Of a stretch of 64,000 nt of DNA, positions 36,217 to 45,685 are shown piece after piece. Within the stretch, counting starts at the first letter, position 1. Every line of letters begins with the position of its first letter. Origin of the DNA: Candidatus Entotheonellaceae bacterium (GTDB taxonomy: Bacteria > Tectomicrobia > Entotheonellia > Entotheonellales > Entotheonellaceae); NCBI GenBank assembly GCA_965238075.1, contig OZ250173.1:2656001-2720000 (forward strand), given 5' to 3'. A program made the position numbers and the translations under genes. The notes beneath the pieces were generated by a model that did no database searches, had not been told where the DNA came from, and was given only the letters and a program-made list of their open reading frames with translations.

Positions 36217-37743
36217 ATGCAACCACTTCTCAGCGGCCTGTTCGTCCTGCTGCTCGCCGTTTTCCTTCCTCTCGACCCCGTCTCTGCACAAGTCGAAGAC
36301 ATTATCCTGATCGGCGGCAATTACCGCCTGCGGGGCAACCTGCACAACATGCAAGACGGGTTTTTCGGCGCGCCGTCGCTTTCGGCGAACGGTTCGACGC
36401 AGCGGTTTGTCGACACGCGCTTGCGGCTGTCATTCGACCTGCGTCCGGACTCGCCGCTGTCGGTGCACTACGGGCTGGAAATCGGCGACATCACCTTCGG
36501 CGCCAAGAACCCGCCTATCTGGGATTCCACGGGGCATCGGTTGGAGAACGTCGGCTCCGGCAGCGGGGGCGGCGAGGGCGCCGACGGGGTGAACCTGGAA
36601 ACGAAAAACGCCTACCTAGGGATGGAGATTCCGGGGGTGCCGGGCCTGTCATTCCGGGGCGGCATCCTTGGCTGGGGCGATCAGTTCGATTGGACCATTC
36701 TGGCGACGGATTTTACCGGCCTGCAGTTTACCTACGAGCGGCAGGCGTTGTGGACGCAGTTCACCTTTCTGCAGTTTCTGGAAGGCAGCCTGCGGCGCGA
36801 TGAGGAGGACTCGCGCTGGTTTGCGCTCGACGGCCGCTACGATCTGACCGCCGACACGGACGTGACCGCCAGCCTTTATCTCTGGGACGACAACGCCAAC
36901 GACAATCCCGTTAGCGGCGCCGACGCTTACCAGGTTTACGCTGGTCTCAAACTGACCACGCAGGTTCTCGAGCGCGCTCGGCTGGAAGTTTCCGGCGTCT
37001 ATAACGTCGGACAGGAGTTTCTCGGCCAGTCTTGCCATGTCAGTGTGAAACGCACTGAGATGGAACAAAGTGGGCAGCACTGCCGGGATCTGCTTGGCAG
37101 CCGCACCGGGCTCGACGGCTCGGCCAATCGGGGCTTCATGGGCAGCGTGCACGTCGATTACCCGCTGGGCAAGCACTGGCTGGGCCTGACGCTGCAATAC
37201 ATCTCCGGGGAGGCGGGCAGCCGCGCCTCGCTGGACGATGGGGGCCGGGACGTGAACGCCTTTCTCGGTTTGTTCAACTCGCAGTATTCCGGTTTCGGTC
37301 GGTCGCGCTACACCGAGGGGGGCGGTTTGGAGTTGATCACCCTGGGATCGCTGAATGATTCCACCGCCGGCCTCAACAACGTCTCGGTGTCGCCCTTTTT
37401 TGGCGGTGGCTACAACGGCCGCATGCTGGCCGTGCTGCGTGCCAAGTTCGAGGTCACGCCGGTGTTTTTCGCCTTTGCGGCGCTGGGGATGGATCAGGCG
37501 GCGCAGCCCAACGAGCATGGTGAGCGGTTGCGCGGCATTGAGGTCACGTCCCACCTGCATTGGGACCTCATGCCCAAACTCTGGCTGCGGATGGGTGGGG
37601 CCATGATGTTCGTGCAGGATTGGTGGGAGAATAACAGCGACGTGTCCCTGCACGGCTTTCCGCAGCCATTGGGCCTGGACCACAACGGTTCGATGGAGGA
37701 CATCTTCCAATTCGTGCTGCGGCTGCAATATGACTTTGGTTAA
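36217..37743 (+). CDS. Putative outer-membrane beta-barrel protein (porin-like), paralog 2
   Basis: Same motif series as 34285-35778; ends LQYDFG. Confidence 0.75.
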   Translation: MQPLLSGLFVLLLAVFLPLDPVSAQVEDIILIGGNYRLRGNLHNMQDGFFGAPSLSANGSTQRFVDTRLRLSFDLRPDSPLSVHYGLEIGDITFGAKNPPIWDSTGHRLENVGSGSGGGEGADGVNLETKNAYLGMEIPGVPGLSFRGGILGWGDQFDWTILATDFTGLQFTYERQALWTQFTFLQFLEGSLRRDEEDSRWFALDGRYDLTADTDVTASLYLWDDNANDNPVSGADAYQVYAGLKLTTQVLERARLEVSGVYNVGQEFLGQSCHVSVKRTEMEQSGQHCRDLLGSRTGLDGSANRGFMGSVHVDYPLGKHWLGLTLQYISGEAGSRASLDDGGRDVNAFLGLFNSQYSGFGRSRYTEGGGLELITLGSLNDSTAGLNNVSVSPFFGGGYNGRMLAVLRAKFEVTPVFFAFAALGMDQAAQPNEHGERLRGIEVTSHLHWDLMPKLWLRMGGAMMFVQDWWENNSDVSLHGFPQPLGLDHNGSMEDIFQFVLRLQYDFG

Positions 37744-37747
37744 AGCT

Positions 37748-37775
37748 GTAGGTCGGATTAACGCAGCGATCTGAC
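37748..37775 (+). repeat. GTAG-type REP palindrome (degenerate)
   Basis: GTAGGTCGGATTAACGCAGCGATCTGAC. Confidence 0.65.
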
Positions 37776-37781
37776 ATCCAC

Positions 37782-39095
37782 TCATGCGCTTCCCGCTTTT
37801 GACATTGCCAGCGCGGTGGTCGTCATGTGGTATTTCGTCAGCAGGTTTGGTATTTCCCACTCCGGTAGCATGCCTCGTTCGAGGCAATCCAGATAGCCTT
37901 CCATCACTTTTCCAAAATGGGCTTCATGCCCGATGCGATACGTGTCGGGAATGTGCACCTGCCAGCCCTTGCCGGCGGGCGACGTCGTCAAGCCCGGATA
38001 ACGGGGCTCCCAGTCTGCCAACGCCTTGTCGAGCGACGCGCCCAGGCCGGTGTGGCTGACGCCCGCTGCTGGTTCGACGTAGACCTCGGGGCGGTAGCCC
38101 TGCGCCTCTCCCTGCCGAATGAACACCTCGCTACGGGTGCCGCGGGTGACCGACACGTGGGTATCGTCGCCGCCGAGCGGCGCCACGAAGTTCCAGGCGA
38201 TCCATATCCGGGTATGCACGCCGCGGATAGTGCAGGTGAATTCGCCGTTGCAGAAATAGGGCAGGGCGCCTTGCGCGTCCAGCGCCCCGTGCAAAAACGC
38301 CGGAAACGCCTGCAGACCCGTCACCTGGGCGAATTGCGCGCGGTCCACCAGTGTCGGCCAACGCCGGGCATGCAACATGTGGACATCCGAAGCGTGATCA
38401 ATCGCCTCGTCCGGGAAGCACTCCCACAAGGTGTTGTCGATGAGGTGCGTCGTCACGTCCACGATCCCCTCGCCTTGCTGCGTCACGTCGAAATACCAGG
38501 CCGGGCGAATTAGGGCCTGCCCCGAGACGTGTTTGTAGAGATGGTGCACGCTTTCCTTGACGACGGCGGGCGCCTCTGGTGTGCCCCGTTCCAGGGTGCC
38601 GAACACGCTGGGGTTGTTGACCAGCGCGCGCGCGATAATCGAGGTGATCTCGTGCCGCTGGGTCATGATGTCGCAGATCAACAGGCCCTTGCGTTGCGCC
38701 TCCTGGCAGGCCGCCTCAAGCACTTCCCAGCCTGGTGGGTCGATGCAGATCGGCTTGTCCGCCAGAACGTTCAAGCCAGCCTGAATGGACTTCTGCAGAT
38801 ACCCTGGCCGCCGGCTGCTGTTGCCCGCCACGACGACCACGTTGCCCGGCCGCTGTTGCAGCATGGCGTCGAGATAATCCGGCCCCGCGTGGACTTGATG
38901 TTGCCAGGATGTCGGCTGGTCGGCGCGCTGGTTGAACGCCTCGACGCGCTGCAGATGCAGGTCCAGGTCCGGTCCTTCGGGCGCAAAAACGCTGACCGTC
39001 GGGGAGACCTGTTCGTACATGCGTTTTTGCACCAGGGCGGCATGAAAGTGACCGGGGTCGAGTGTCATTAAGCGAATGTTGTTCTGCATGTCCAT
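37782..39095 (-). CDS. Gfo/Idh/MocA-like putative oxidoreductase
   Basis: LDPGHFHAALVQK, VLADKP, DVTTHL, GHEAHF. Confidence 0.8.
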   Translation of the reverse strand: MDMQNNIRLMTLDPGHFHAALVQKRMYEQVSPTVSVFAPEGPDLDLHLQRVEAFNQRADQPTSWQHQVHAGPDYLDAMLQQRPGNVVVVAGNSSRRPGYLQKSIQAGLNVLADKPICIDPPGWEVLEAACQEAQRKGLLICDIMTQRHEITSIIARALVNNPSVFGTLERGTPEAPAVVKESVHHLYKHVSGQALIRPAWYFDVTQQGEGIVDVTTHLIDNTLWECFPDEAIDHASDVHMLHARRWPTLVDRAQFAQVTGLQAFPAFLHGALDAQGALPYFCNGEFTCTIRGVHTRIWIAWNFVAPLGGDDTHVSVTRGTRSEVFIRQGEAQGYRPEVYVEPAAGVSHTGLGASLDKALADWEPRYPGLTTSPAGKGWQVHIPDTYRIGHEAHFGKVMEGYLDCLERGMLPEWEIPNLLTKYHMTTTALAMSKAGSA

Positions 39096-39155
39096 GCCTC
39101 CATTGCCTTGGCTTGGGGTGCGGTTGCCACGCCTGACGGCGGTGTGATGATTGGT

Positions 39156-39509
39156 TTCCTATGAAAATAGCCTGCGAACGCCCCCGACCGTCGTAGGGGC
39201 GCCCCTTGTGGGTGCCCACTGTTCCGTGCTTGTCAGGGGGCGGCGGTCGCTCCGGGAGTCATTTTCATGGCTCTCGATGTGGCCTTGGCGCCATGGGGGA
39301 TTCCTAATGAGAATAGCCTGCGCAACACCCCGACCGTCGTAGGGGCGCCCCTTGTGGGTGCCCACTGTTCCGTGCAGGCGGGCATCCACAGGGCGGGCAT
39401 GAGGCCCACCTGGGGGAAACATATAACCCCCCAACCCCCCTTGTCAGGGGGGCGGTAGTCGCTCCGGGAGCCATTTTCATGGCTCTCGATGTGGCCTTGG
39501 CGAGGCCAT
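39156..39509. repeat. Tandem duplicated composite REP/MITE-like element (unit 1 39156-39300, unit 2 39301-39509)
   Basis: Both units read ATGA(A/G)AAT...GTAGGGGCGCCCCTTGTGGGTGCCC...TTGTCAGGGGG...ATTTTCATGGCTCTCGATGTGGCC. Unit 2 has an extra ~65 nt that includes the full 29-mer. Confidence 0.85.
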
Positions 39510-39643
39510 CGGCAATTACCATACAAATGGAGGGGTTGTGACGCAACAATCCGTTGACGTTGCGGCGCTGCCGGGTTGTGTATAATGGCCCGCACATTTT
39601 CAAGAGGCGTCCGAAGACACCGTCAGCAAGAAGGAGAATGACA

Positions 39644-40435
39644 ATGAAGGCGGGAAGTACGCAAATCGAGGCCGGGGCGGTGACGTTCGCCCTGCAGTAC
39701 CGCCCTTTGATGGAAGATCAGGGGGTCAGCATTCAGGTCATGGGCGAGGCAGAGGGCGAGACGGCGGAAATCCTGCGGTTCGATTGCTTCGACCAGTGCC
39801 CGCACTATCACTATGCCCCGAACAAGGCGGACGTGCGCTACGACATGGATAAGACCACGGCGGGAAACCCGATCAGCTGGACCTTGGAACAACTGCGCAC
39901 CCGGCTGCCGGACATGCTGGAGCGCGCCGGTTACGAGCAGGTGGCGCAGCAACTCGATTGTGACCTGGTTATCGAGAAGCTGGACCAGGTCGAGGAGGCC
40001 GCCCGCTACATGGCCATCAAGCAGCGCCGCACGGTGACGCACAAGCGCGGCGACGTGGTGGTTGAATGCGGCAACATTCGCTTTGGGCTGGAGTTCCGTG
40101 AGCCCAACGGCGACCGGGGTCTGGCGATTCACGTGCTCAGCGATGTCGCAGGGCAGGAGATCGAGCTGTTGGCGTTTGATTGCTTTGAATCGGCGCCGCA
40201 CTATCATTACGGCCCGCGCAACCAGGACGTACGCATCTATTGGGACACCGCGGTGGTGCCCGATCCGTTGGCCTGGACCCTGGCGCAATTCAAGCACGGC
40301 AGATTGCCCGCCATGATCGCCCGTGCTGGCTACCCCACGATTGCGGCAGCCCTCGATGAGCCGCTCATCGCCCGCACGCTCAAGCGGGAGGTGAAGCCCA
40401 AAGCCCTCGCCATGCGCGCCGCCCACGCTCAGTAA
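39644..40435 (+). CDS. Hypothetical protein with an internally duplicated domain
   Basis: EILRFDCFDQCPHYHY and ELLAFDCFESAPHYHY, each followed by P..WTL..L..M..RAGY. RBS AAGGAG. Confidence 0.8.
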   Translation: MKAGSTQIEAGAVTFALQYRPLMEDQGVSIQVMGEAEGETAEILRFDCFDQCPHYHYAPNKADVRYDMDKTTAGNPISWTLEQLRTRLPDMLERAGYEQVAQQLDCDLVIEKLDQVEEAARYMAIKQRRTVTHKRGDVVVECGNIRFGLEFREPNGDRGLAIHVLSDVAGQEIELLAFDCFESAPHYHYGPRNQDVRIYWDTAVVPDPLAWTLAQFKHGRLPAMIARAGYPTIAAALDEPLIARTLKREVKPKALAMRAAHAQ

Positions 40436-40497
40436 AGGTCACTCGCGGTCCCGTTGAGAAAGGCTCTGCACTGCCACGGTCGACGCTTGCGGCGCTT

Positions 40498-41212
40498 GAC
40501 GTCGAGTCCCGGATTCCGCAGCCATCCCATGGCGGAAACGGATTTTCAGCCCAACGTCATCACCTATGCCATCGAGGCGTTGAAGATACGTTTTCGGGAA
40601 CGCGAAGATGTCTACGTCTCGGGCGACCTTTTCATCTACTACGAAGAGGGCAGCCGGGCGGCCTCGGTCGCCCCGGATGTCTTCGTGGTATTCGGCGTTC
40701 CCAATCACCGGCGGCGAACCTACCTGTTGTGGCAGGAAAGCAAGGCGCCTGACTTCGTGATGGACGTGACCTCGAGCAGTAACCCGGGAGGACGATCAGG
40801 GGCGTAAGCGCCACCTGTATACGCGTTTAGGGGTGTCGGAATACTGGCAATACGGACCCCCACGGGTGATGTGCTTGATCCGCCCCTGCAAGGCTTCACG
40901 CTGTCGGACGGGCAGTATGGCGAGGCGCTTGCCTTGGAACAGGTGGGCGCCGTTTGGAGCGTTTACAGTCCGATACTCGGACTGAATCTTCGTCTTGATG
41001 AAGGCATGCTGCGGTTTCACGATCCGATGACGAATGAATACCTCTTGACCCACTTGGAGGAAAACAGGGCGCGACAGGCGGAAGCCACGGAACGTCAAGC
41101 TGAAGCTCAGGCCCGCCGTGAAGCGGCAGCACGACTGGCTGAACTGGAAGCCCGCCTGCAAACCTTGCAGCAGTCGTCACGCCCGGGACGGCCGGATCAA
41201 TCGGAAGGGTGA
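40498..41212 (+). pseudogene. Uma2 (DUF820) family endonuclease, frameshifted
   Basis: PMAETD..VAPDVFVVFG..KAPDFV, then a +1 shift to EDDQGRKRHLYTRLGVSEYWQY, then two more extra bases before DVLDPPLQG. Coiled-coil tail. Confidence 0.8.
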
Positions 41213-41231
41213 GCCGAGCATCGCAGGTGGG

Positions 41232-41708
41232 TTACTGTTTGGCCTCGCTCTCCAGCGCCTGCGTTTTGCTCCGGCGCTGGAGGAAAAAGGCTCCATACCG
41301 GCTCATTGGCAGGGGAAAAGCAGCGTTCTGGCGCAGGGTTCGCATGTCCGGGATGGTGCGGCAGAGACTCACAAATACCCATGCCGTTATGCCGCCGCGC
41401 AGGACCGCCGCAGGCTCGCCGGTGGTTACAAAGAGCGCCGCAAAGTACACGCTGAGGGCGGCAAAGCCGCCGGTGGCGAGGTAGAAGGCTGCGTAGCTGC
41501 CGTAACGTATGCCGTACCCCAGCCCGAGAAATCCGACTGCGATAGCCAAGCCGGGAAGTCCATAGCCGCGTTGGGCCATGGCCGTCAGGCCGCTGAGGGC
41601 CAGCAGGTGGATGAGGGTAAACAAGATGCCGAGGAAAATGGTGACGTTTGCGGCTCTGCCGACGCGCCGCTCCGGGGTGCTGTTTTTCCTCACGAGCGTC
41701 GTCCTCAA
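41232..41708 (-). CDS. Hypothetical 4-TM membrane protein
   Basis: Four hydrophobic segments; co-oriented just downstream of ppc. Confidence 0.6.
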   Translation of the reverse strand: MRTTLVRKNSTPERRVGRAANVTIFLGILFTLIHLLALSGLTAMAQRGYGLPGLAIAVGFLGLGYGIRYGSYAAFYLATGGFAALSVYFAALFVTTGEPAAVLRGGITAWVFVSLCRTIPDMRTLRQNAAFPLPMSRYGAFFLQRRSKTQALESEAKQ

Positions 41709-41725
41709 GGGGTGAGAGAAGGTTC

Positions 41726-44392
41726 TTAACCGGTATTCCGCATGCCGGCAGCAATGCCGTTAACCGTGACCAGCAAGGCATCGCGCAAGGTGGCGTCCTC
41801 CGGATGGTCACGAAAGCGCCGCAGCAGGGCAGTCTGCACGATGTTGAGGAGGTCGACGTAGGGGTTGCGCACGTCAATGGAACGACGCAGCACCGGGTTG
41901 GTGGCGAGCAGGTCGTCGTGACCGGTCACGGCCAGGACGGCGCGGGTTGCGGCGGCAAAGCCGTGTCGCAGGTCCTCGCCAAGCGGCCGCAGCGGTTCGG
42001 GGACCAGCCACTCGTCGTAGCAGGCGGCAATGCGCATATCGGCTTTGGCCATGACCATGCCGATGAGGTCGAGCGTGGATTGCATGAACGGCCAGTCGTG
42101 ATACATCGTGCGCAGGTCGTCGTGTTGGCCGCGGCGCAAGGCTTCTTCCAGGGCGTCCCCGACGCCGAGCCACGACGGCAGCATCAGGCGGGTCTGTGTC
42201 CAAGCGAATATCCACGGAATAGCCCGCAAGCTGTCCACGCTAACGTCGACGCGCCGCCGTGCCGGACGGCTGCCGATGTTCAGTTCGCCTAGTACTGCTT
42301 CGGGGGTTGCAGCCTGAAAATAGGGCACAAAGCGGGCATCTTCCTGCACCACCTTACGATAAGCATTCATGGCGGTCTGGGATAGTTCCTCCATGCACCG
42401 GCGCCACGCGGGGCTAGGCATGGGCGATGGGTGCAGCGTGGCCTCGGCAACCGCCGTGGTGTACACCTCCAGCGTCCGCAAGGCGATGTCCGGGATACCG
42501 AATTTGCTCTGAATCATTTCGCCCTGTTCCGTCACCCGCAGCCGTCCGTCAATCGACCCCGGCGGCTGGGACTGGATGGCCGCGTAGGTGGGGCCTCCGC
42601 CCCTGCCGATCGAACCGCCCCGACCATGGAACAGGGTCAGGCGGACGCCGTACTCGCGGCACACCTGTACCAACTCTTCTTGCGCTTTGTACAGTTCCCA
42701 CCCTGCCGTGAGGATGCCGGCGTCTTTGGCCGAGTCCGAATACCCCACCATCACCTGCAAGGTGCCGCCGAGTTGTTGGCGGTACCAGGGAATCGCCAGG
42801 AGTTGGCGGATAGTTACGCCGGCCTGTCGCAAAGCGTCCACGGTCTCGAACAACGGCACCACCGGCAGCCGCTGGCGGCAGTCGGCCTGATGTTGCAAAA
42901 ACGCGACGGCCAGGATGTCGGAGGGTGTTTTCGCCATGGAAATGACGTAGGCGCCCAAGGCATCGGGACCAAGTTCGGCGATGGCCCTGAAGGTCTCGAG
43001 AACCTCGCGGTGAGACGGATCATCTAACAGTTGCGGGGGAATAGGGGCCGGGTCGGCTTGCAGAGCGCGCCCGAGAAAGCTTTGCCGCTGCGCCTCGTCC
43101 CACTCGCCGTAGGCGCCGTAACCCCGAGCACGGGTGAAGGCATCGAGCACGTCGGTATGGCGCGCGGCCTCCTGCCGGATGTCCAGGCGCGCCAAGGTCA
43201 GCCCGAAACAGGTGACGCGGCGCAGCGTATCCAGCAGCGGCCCGTCGGCAATCGTTCCGGCACCAACGTCGTGCAGCGATTGGTAACAGAGCTGTAAAGC
43301 GTCAGCGAATTCGTCCGCGTTCGCATAGGTATTGGCGTGTGTTGGCGGCAAGCCGGCCAGTTGTGCGTCGACGTCCTGGAGGGTGGCATCGAGGCGTTCT
43401 TGCACGCTGTCCAGAAAGGCGCGATACGGCTCGTGGGCATCGCCTACCTGCGCCCGCAAGGCGTCACTACAAGCCGTCATTGACAACTCGCTCGCCAGTG
43501 CCGTTAGGTCACGCGCATATAACGAGACGGCCTGCCGACGCGCCAACAGACAGACCTCGCGGGTGACGCTCGCCGTGACGTACGGATTGCCATCGCGGTC
43601 GCCGCCCATCCAGGAGCCAAAGCGTACGGGCGCGGCCGCCAAGGGGAGCGGCTTGCCGGTGAACCGTTGCAAGGCGTCATCCAGGAGGCGCAGAAAGCGC
43701 GGCACGGCGTCCCACAGCGTCTCTTCAAGGCAGGCCAGGCCGCTGCGCGCCTCGTCCACGGGGGTTGGTCTGGCGCGGCGAATTTCATCCGTCAACCAGC
43801 AGGAGGTGATGTCGCGGCGCAGCGCCTGCTCGGTCTCGCGGCGTTCAAATGGCGTCAGGTCGCGGGCGTCGCGTTGCGCCAACAGGGCGGCAATGCGATT
43901 GTGCTTCCGCAACAAGGTGCGGCGGATCACTTCCGTGGGGTGGGCCGTAAGCACACATTCGATCTGTTGGCGGCAGATCGTCTCATGCAAGGTTTCGGGC
44001 GTGACGCCCGCTGCCAGTAGCCGGTCGAAGGTTTCGTCGAACGATCCCCGCTGCGGCTCGGCTTTCGGGTTTTGCTGATACACCCGCCGTCGCCGCACAC
44101 GGTGGTGTTGCTCGGCCACGTTAGCCAATGTCAAAAAATGGGCGAAGGCGCGGCTGATGTTAAGGGTTTGGTCAACCGGGAGTTGCGCCAGCAGGTGCTC
44201 CAGTTCACGGAAGTCGTGGTCACTGCCGGCACGCGCATTCTTCGCCAGAGCCCGCACGCGCTCGACGGTCTGAAACAGCTCCTCGCCAACCTGCTCACGC
44301 AGAGTGCCGCCCAGCACGGCGCCGAGGTCGTAAACGTCATGCCGCAACGGCGCATGCGGGTCGGCGTGAGCCGGGGTCGCTTCTCTACTCAA
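41726..44392 (-). CDS. ppc: Phosphoenolpyruvate carboxylase
   Basis: VLTAHPTE, WMGGDRDGNP, GYSDSAKD, FHGRGGSIGRGG, LRAIPW, GMRNTG. Confidence 0.98.
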   Translation of the reverse strand: MSREATPAHADPHAPLRHDVYDLGAVLGGTLREQVGEELFQTVERVRALAKNARAGSDHDFRELEHLLAQLPVDQTLNISRAFAHFLTLANVAEQHHRVRRRRVYQQNPKAEPQRGSFDETFDRLLAAGVTPETLHETICRQQIECVLTAHPTEVIRRTLLRKHNRIAALLAQRDARDLTPFERRETEQALRRDITSCWLTDEIRRARPTPVDEARSGLACLEETLWDAVPRFLRLLDDALQRFTGKPLPLAAAPVRFGSWMGGDRDGNPYVTASVTREVCLLARRQAVSLYARDLTALASELSMTACSDALRAQVGDAHEPYRAFLDSVQERLDATLQDVDAQLAGLPPTHANTYANADEFADALQLCYQSLHDVGAGTIADGPLLDTLRRVTCFGLTLARLDIRQEAARHTDVLDAFTRARGYGAYGEWDEAQRQSFLGRALQADPAPIPPQLLDDPSHREVLETFRAIAELGPDALGAYVISMAKTPSDILAVAFLQHQADCRQRLPVVPLFETVDALRQAGVTIRQLLAIPWYRQQLGGTLQVMVGYSDSAKDAGILTAGWELYKAQEELVQVCREYGVRLTLFHGRGGSIGRGGGPTYAAIQSQPPGSIDGRLRVTEQGEMIQSKFGIPDIALRTLEVYTTAVAEATLHPSPMPSPAWRRCMEELSQTAMNAYRKVVQEDARFVPYFQAATPEAVLGELNIGSRPARRRVDVSVDSLRAIPWIFAWTQTRLMLPSWLGVGDALEEALRRGQHDDLRTMYHDWPFMQSTLDLIGMVMAKADMRIAACYDEWLVPEPLRPLGEDLRHGFAAATRAVLAVTGHDDLLATNPVLRRSIDVRNPYVDLLNIVQTALLRRFRDHPEDATLRDALLVTVNGIAAGMRNTG

Positions 44393-44431
44393 CAGACCCT
44401 CCGTGTTCGGGTGGGCTGCCTTCCGCAGCGC

Positions 44432-44969
44432 TCACGAGCCGAATTCTTCCAACAGGTTCACCAGATCGTCCGCGTGTTCTTCTTCCATAGCCAGGATGGT
44501 TTCCATCAGCCGCCGTGTCGTCGGGTCATCATTGCCGAAGTACGTAATCATCTCGCGGTAGCTGTCGATGGCAATGCGCTCGGCGACCAAGTCTTCCTTA
44601 ATCACTTCAATAAGCGAGTTGCCTTCGACATATTCGGAGTGGCTGCGGGTGCTGAGACCTTCAGGCGCGAAATTGGGCTCGCCGCCCAATTGCACGATGC
44701 GCTGCGCCAGCTGATCGGCGCGCAACTGCTCCTCGTTGGCATGCTGCAAAAACTCCTGCGCCACGCTCTGGACGTTGATCCCCGAAGCCATGAAGTAATG
44801 ACGCCTATAACGCAGAACGCACACAATCTCAGTGGCGAGCGCCTCATTCAGCAATTTAATGACCGTTTCGCGGTGCGCCCGGTACCCTGGTGTCACCCCC
44901 CTGTTCAAGATGCTGGCGCACCCGTGTCCGCAGGGTCTGAATATCGCTGAGAAAGGGCTGGTCAGCCAT
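44432..44969 (-). pseudogene. Ferritin-like (bacterioferritin/Dps-like) protein with a frameshift in a G-run
   Basis: MADQPFLSDIQTLRTRVRQHLEQG joins VTPGY..LNEALATE..EEEHADD only with a frame change at the G6 run ~44896-44901. Confidence 0.8.
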
Positions 44970-45043
44970 TCTGTCGTCCTCTGTGTGTGAGTGCCTTGGA
45001 CGCCTTACCGCTTTGGAGGCCAGTTGCTTCTGTCGAGCCATAC

Positions 45044-45685
45044 TCATCTTGAGGCGAGGTTGTAAACGAACTCACGGAGGTTGGCAAACGCTGGGGACTG
45101 GAAATTCCATACGCCCTGCAGAGCGCCTTCGCCGATTCTGGCTACGGGGTCATTCGTTGCGGCGAGGTAGGCGTGGGCGAAAGTCTTGTCTGGAATAGTT
45201 GAATTCAGGGCGTTGTGGGTTGCCAGACATTCTATGTATGCGTCAACGCACCTTGAGGTCTCCTCATCCTGCACAGAACGCCGGCAGATGGTCTCAATGG
45301 CGCCGGGTTCGTTGCCGTCAGGTACGATGAATATGCCAATGGAAGGGCTGGCATCCGAAAACTCGGCGTGAGCCGGTGGCGCTGCGTACCCGGCCTGCTC
45401 AACACTGTCACGGACGCTCTGAAAGCTAGCCGTGGCGCTTGTGTCCGCATCCCGAACAATGCCAATTGACCGAAGGGAAGGCCGGGAAAGAGCGTCCGCG
45501 TGCATTGCCTTCAAACGCGTTCCAAGGGTGGTCTTACCGGCGATATCCATTACCTGTATCCGAGGCTCGTTATCGCTGAAGCAAGTTTCGATCAATTTCC
45601 CAAGCAGGTGGAATTCATCCCGTCCTTCGACCAGTAGCAGCCGGTCCTCCAGAATTTCTATTCTCGGGTCCCTTGCGGGCATCAT
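45044..45685 (-). CDS. DUF3226 family protein (TOPRIM-like nuclease fold)
   Basis: LLLVEGRDE, GIVRDAD, PDGNEPGAIE. Overlaps the ATPase stop (ATGA). Confidence 0.75.
   Translation of the reverse strand: MMPARDPRIEILEDRLLLVEGRDEFHLLGKLIETCFSDNEPRIQVMDIAGKTTLGTRLKAMHADALSRPSLRSIGIVRDADTSATASFQSVRDSVEQAGYAAPPAHAEFSDASPSIGIFIVPDGNEPGAIETICRRSVQDEETSRCVDAYIECLATHNALNSTIPDKTFAHAYLAATNDPVARIGEGALQGVWNFQSPAFANLREFVYNLASR

Noticed and set aside
39156-39509. Possible CRISPR array
   Set aside because: Only two long units with near-identical interiors, no unique spacers and no cas genes; this is a REP/MITE-like duplication.
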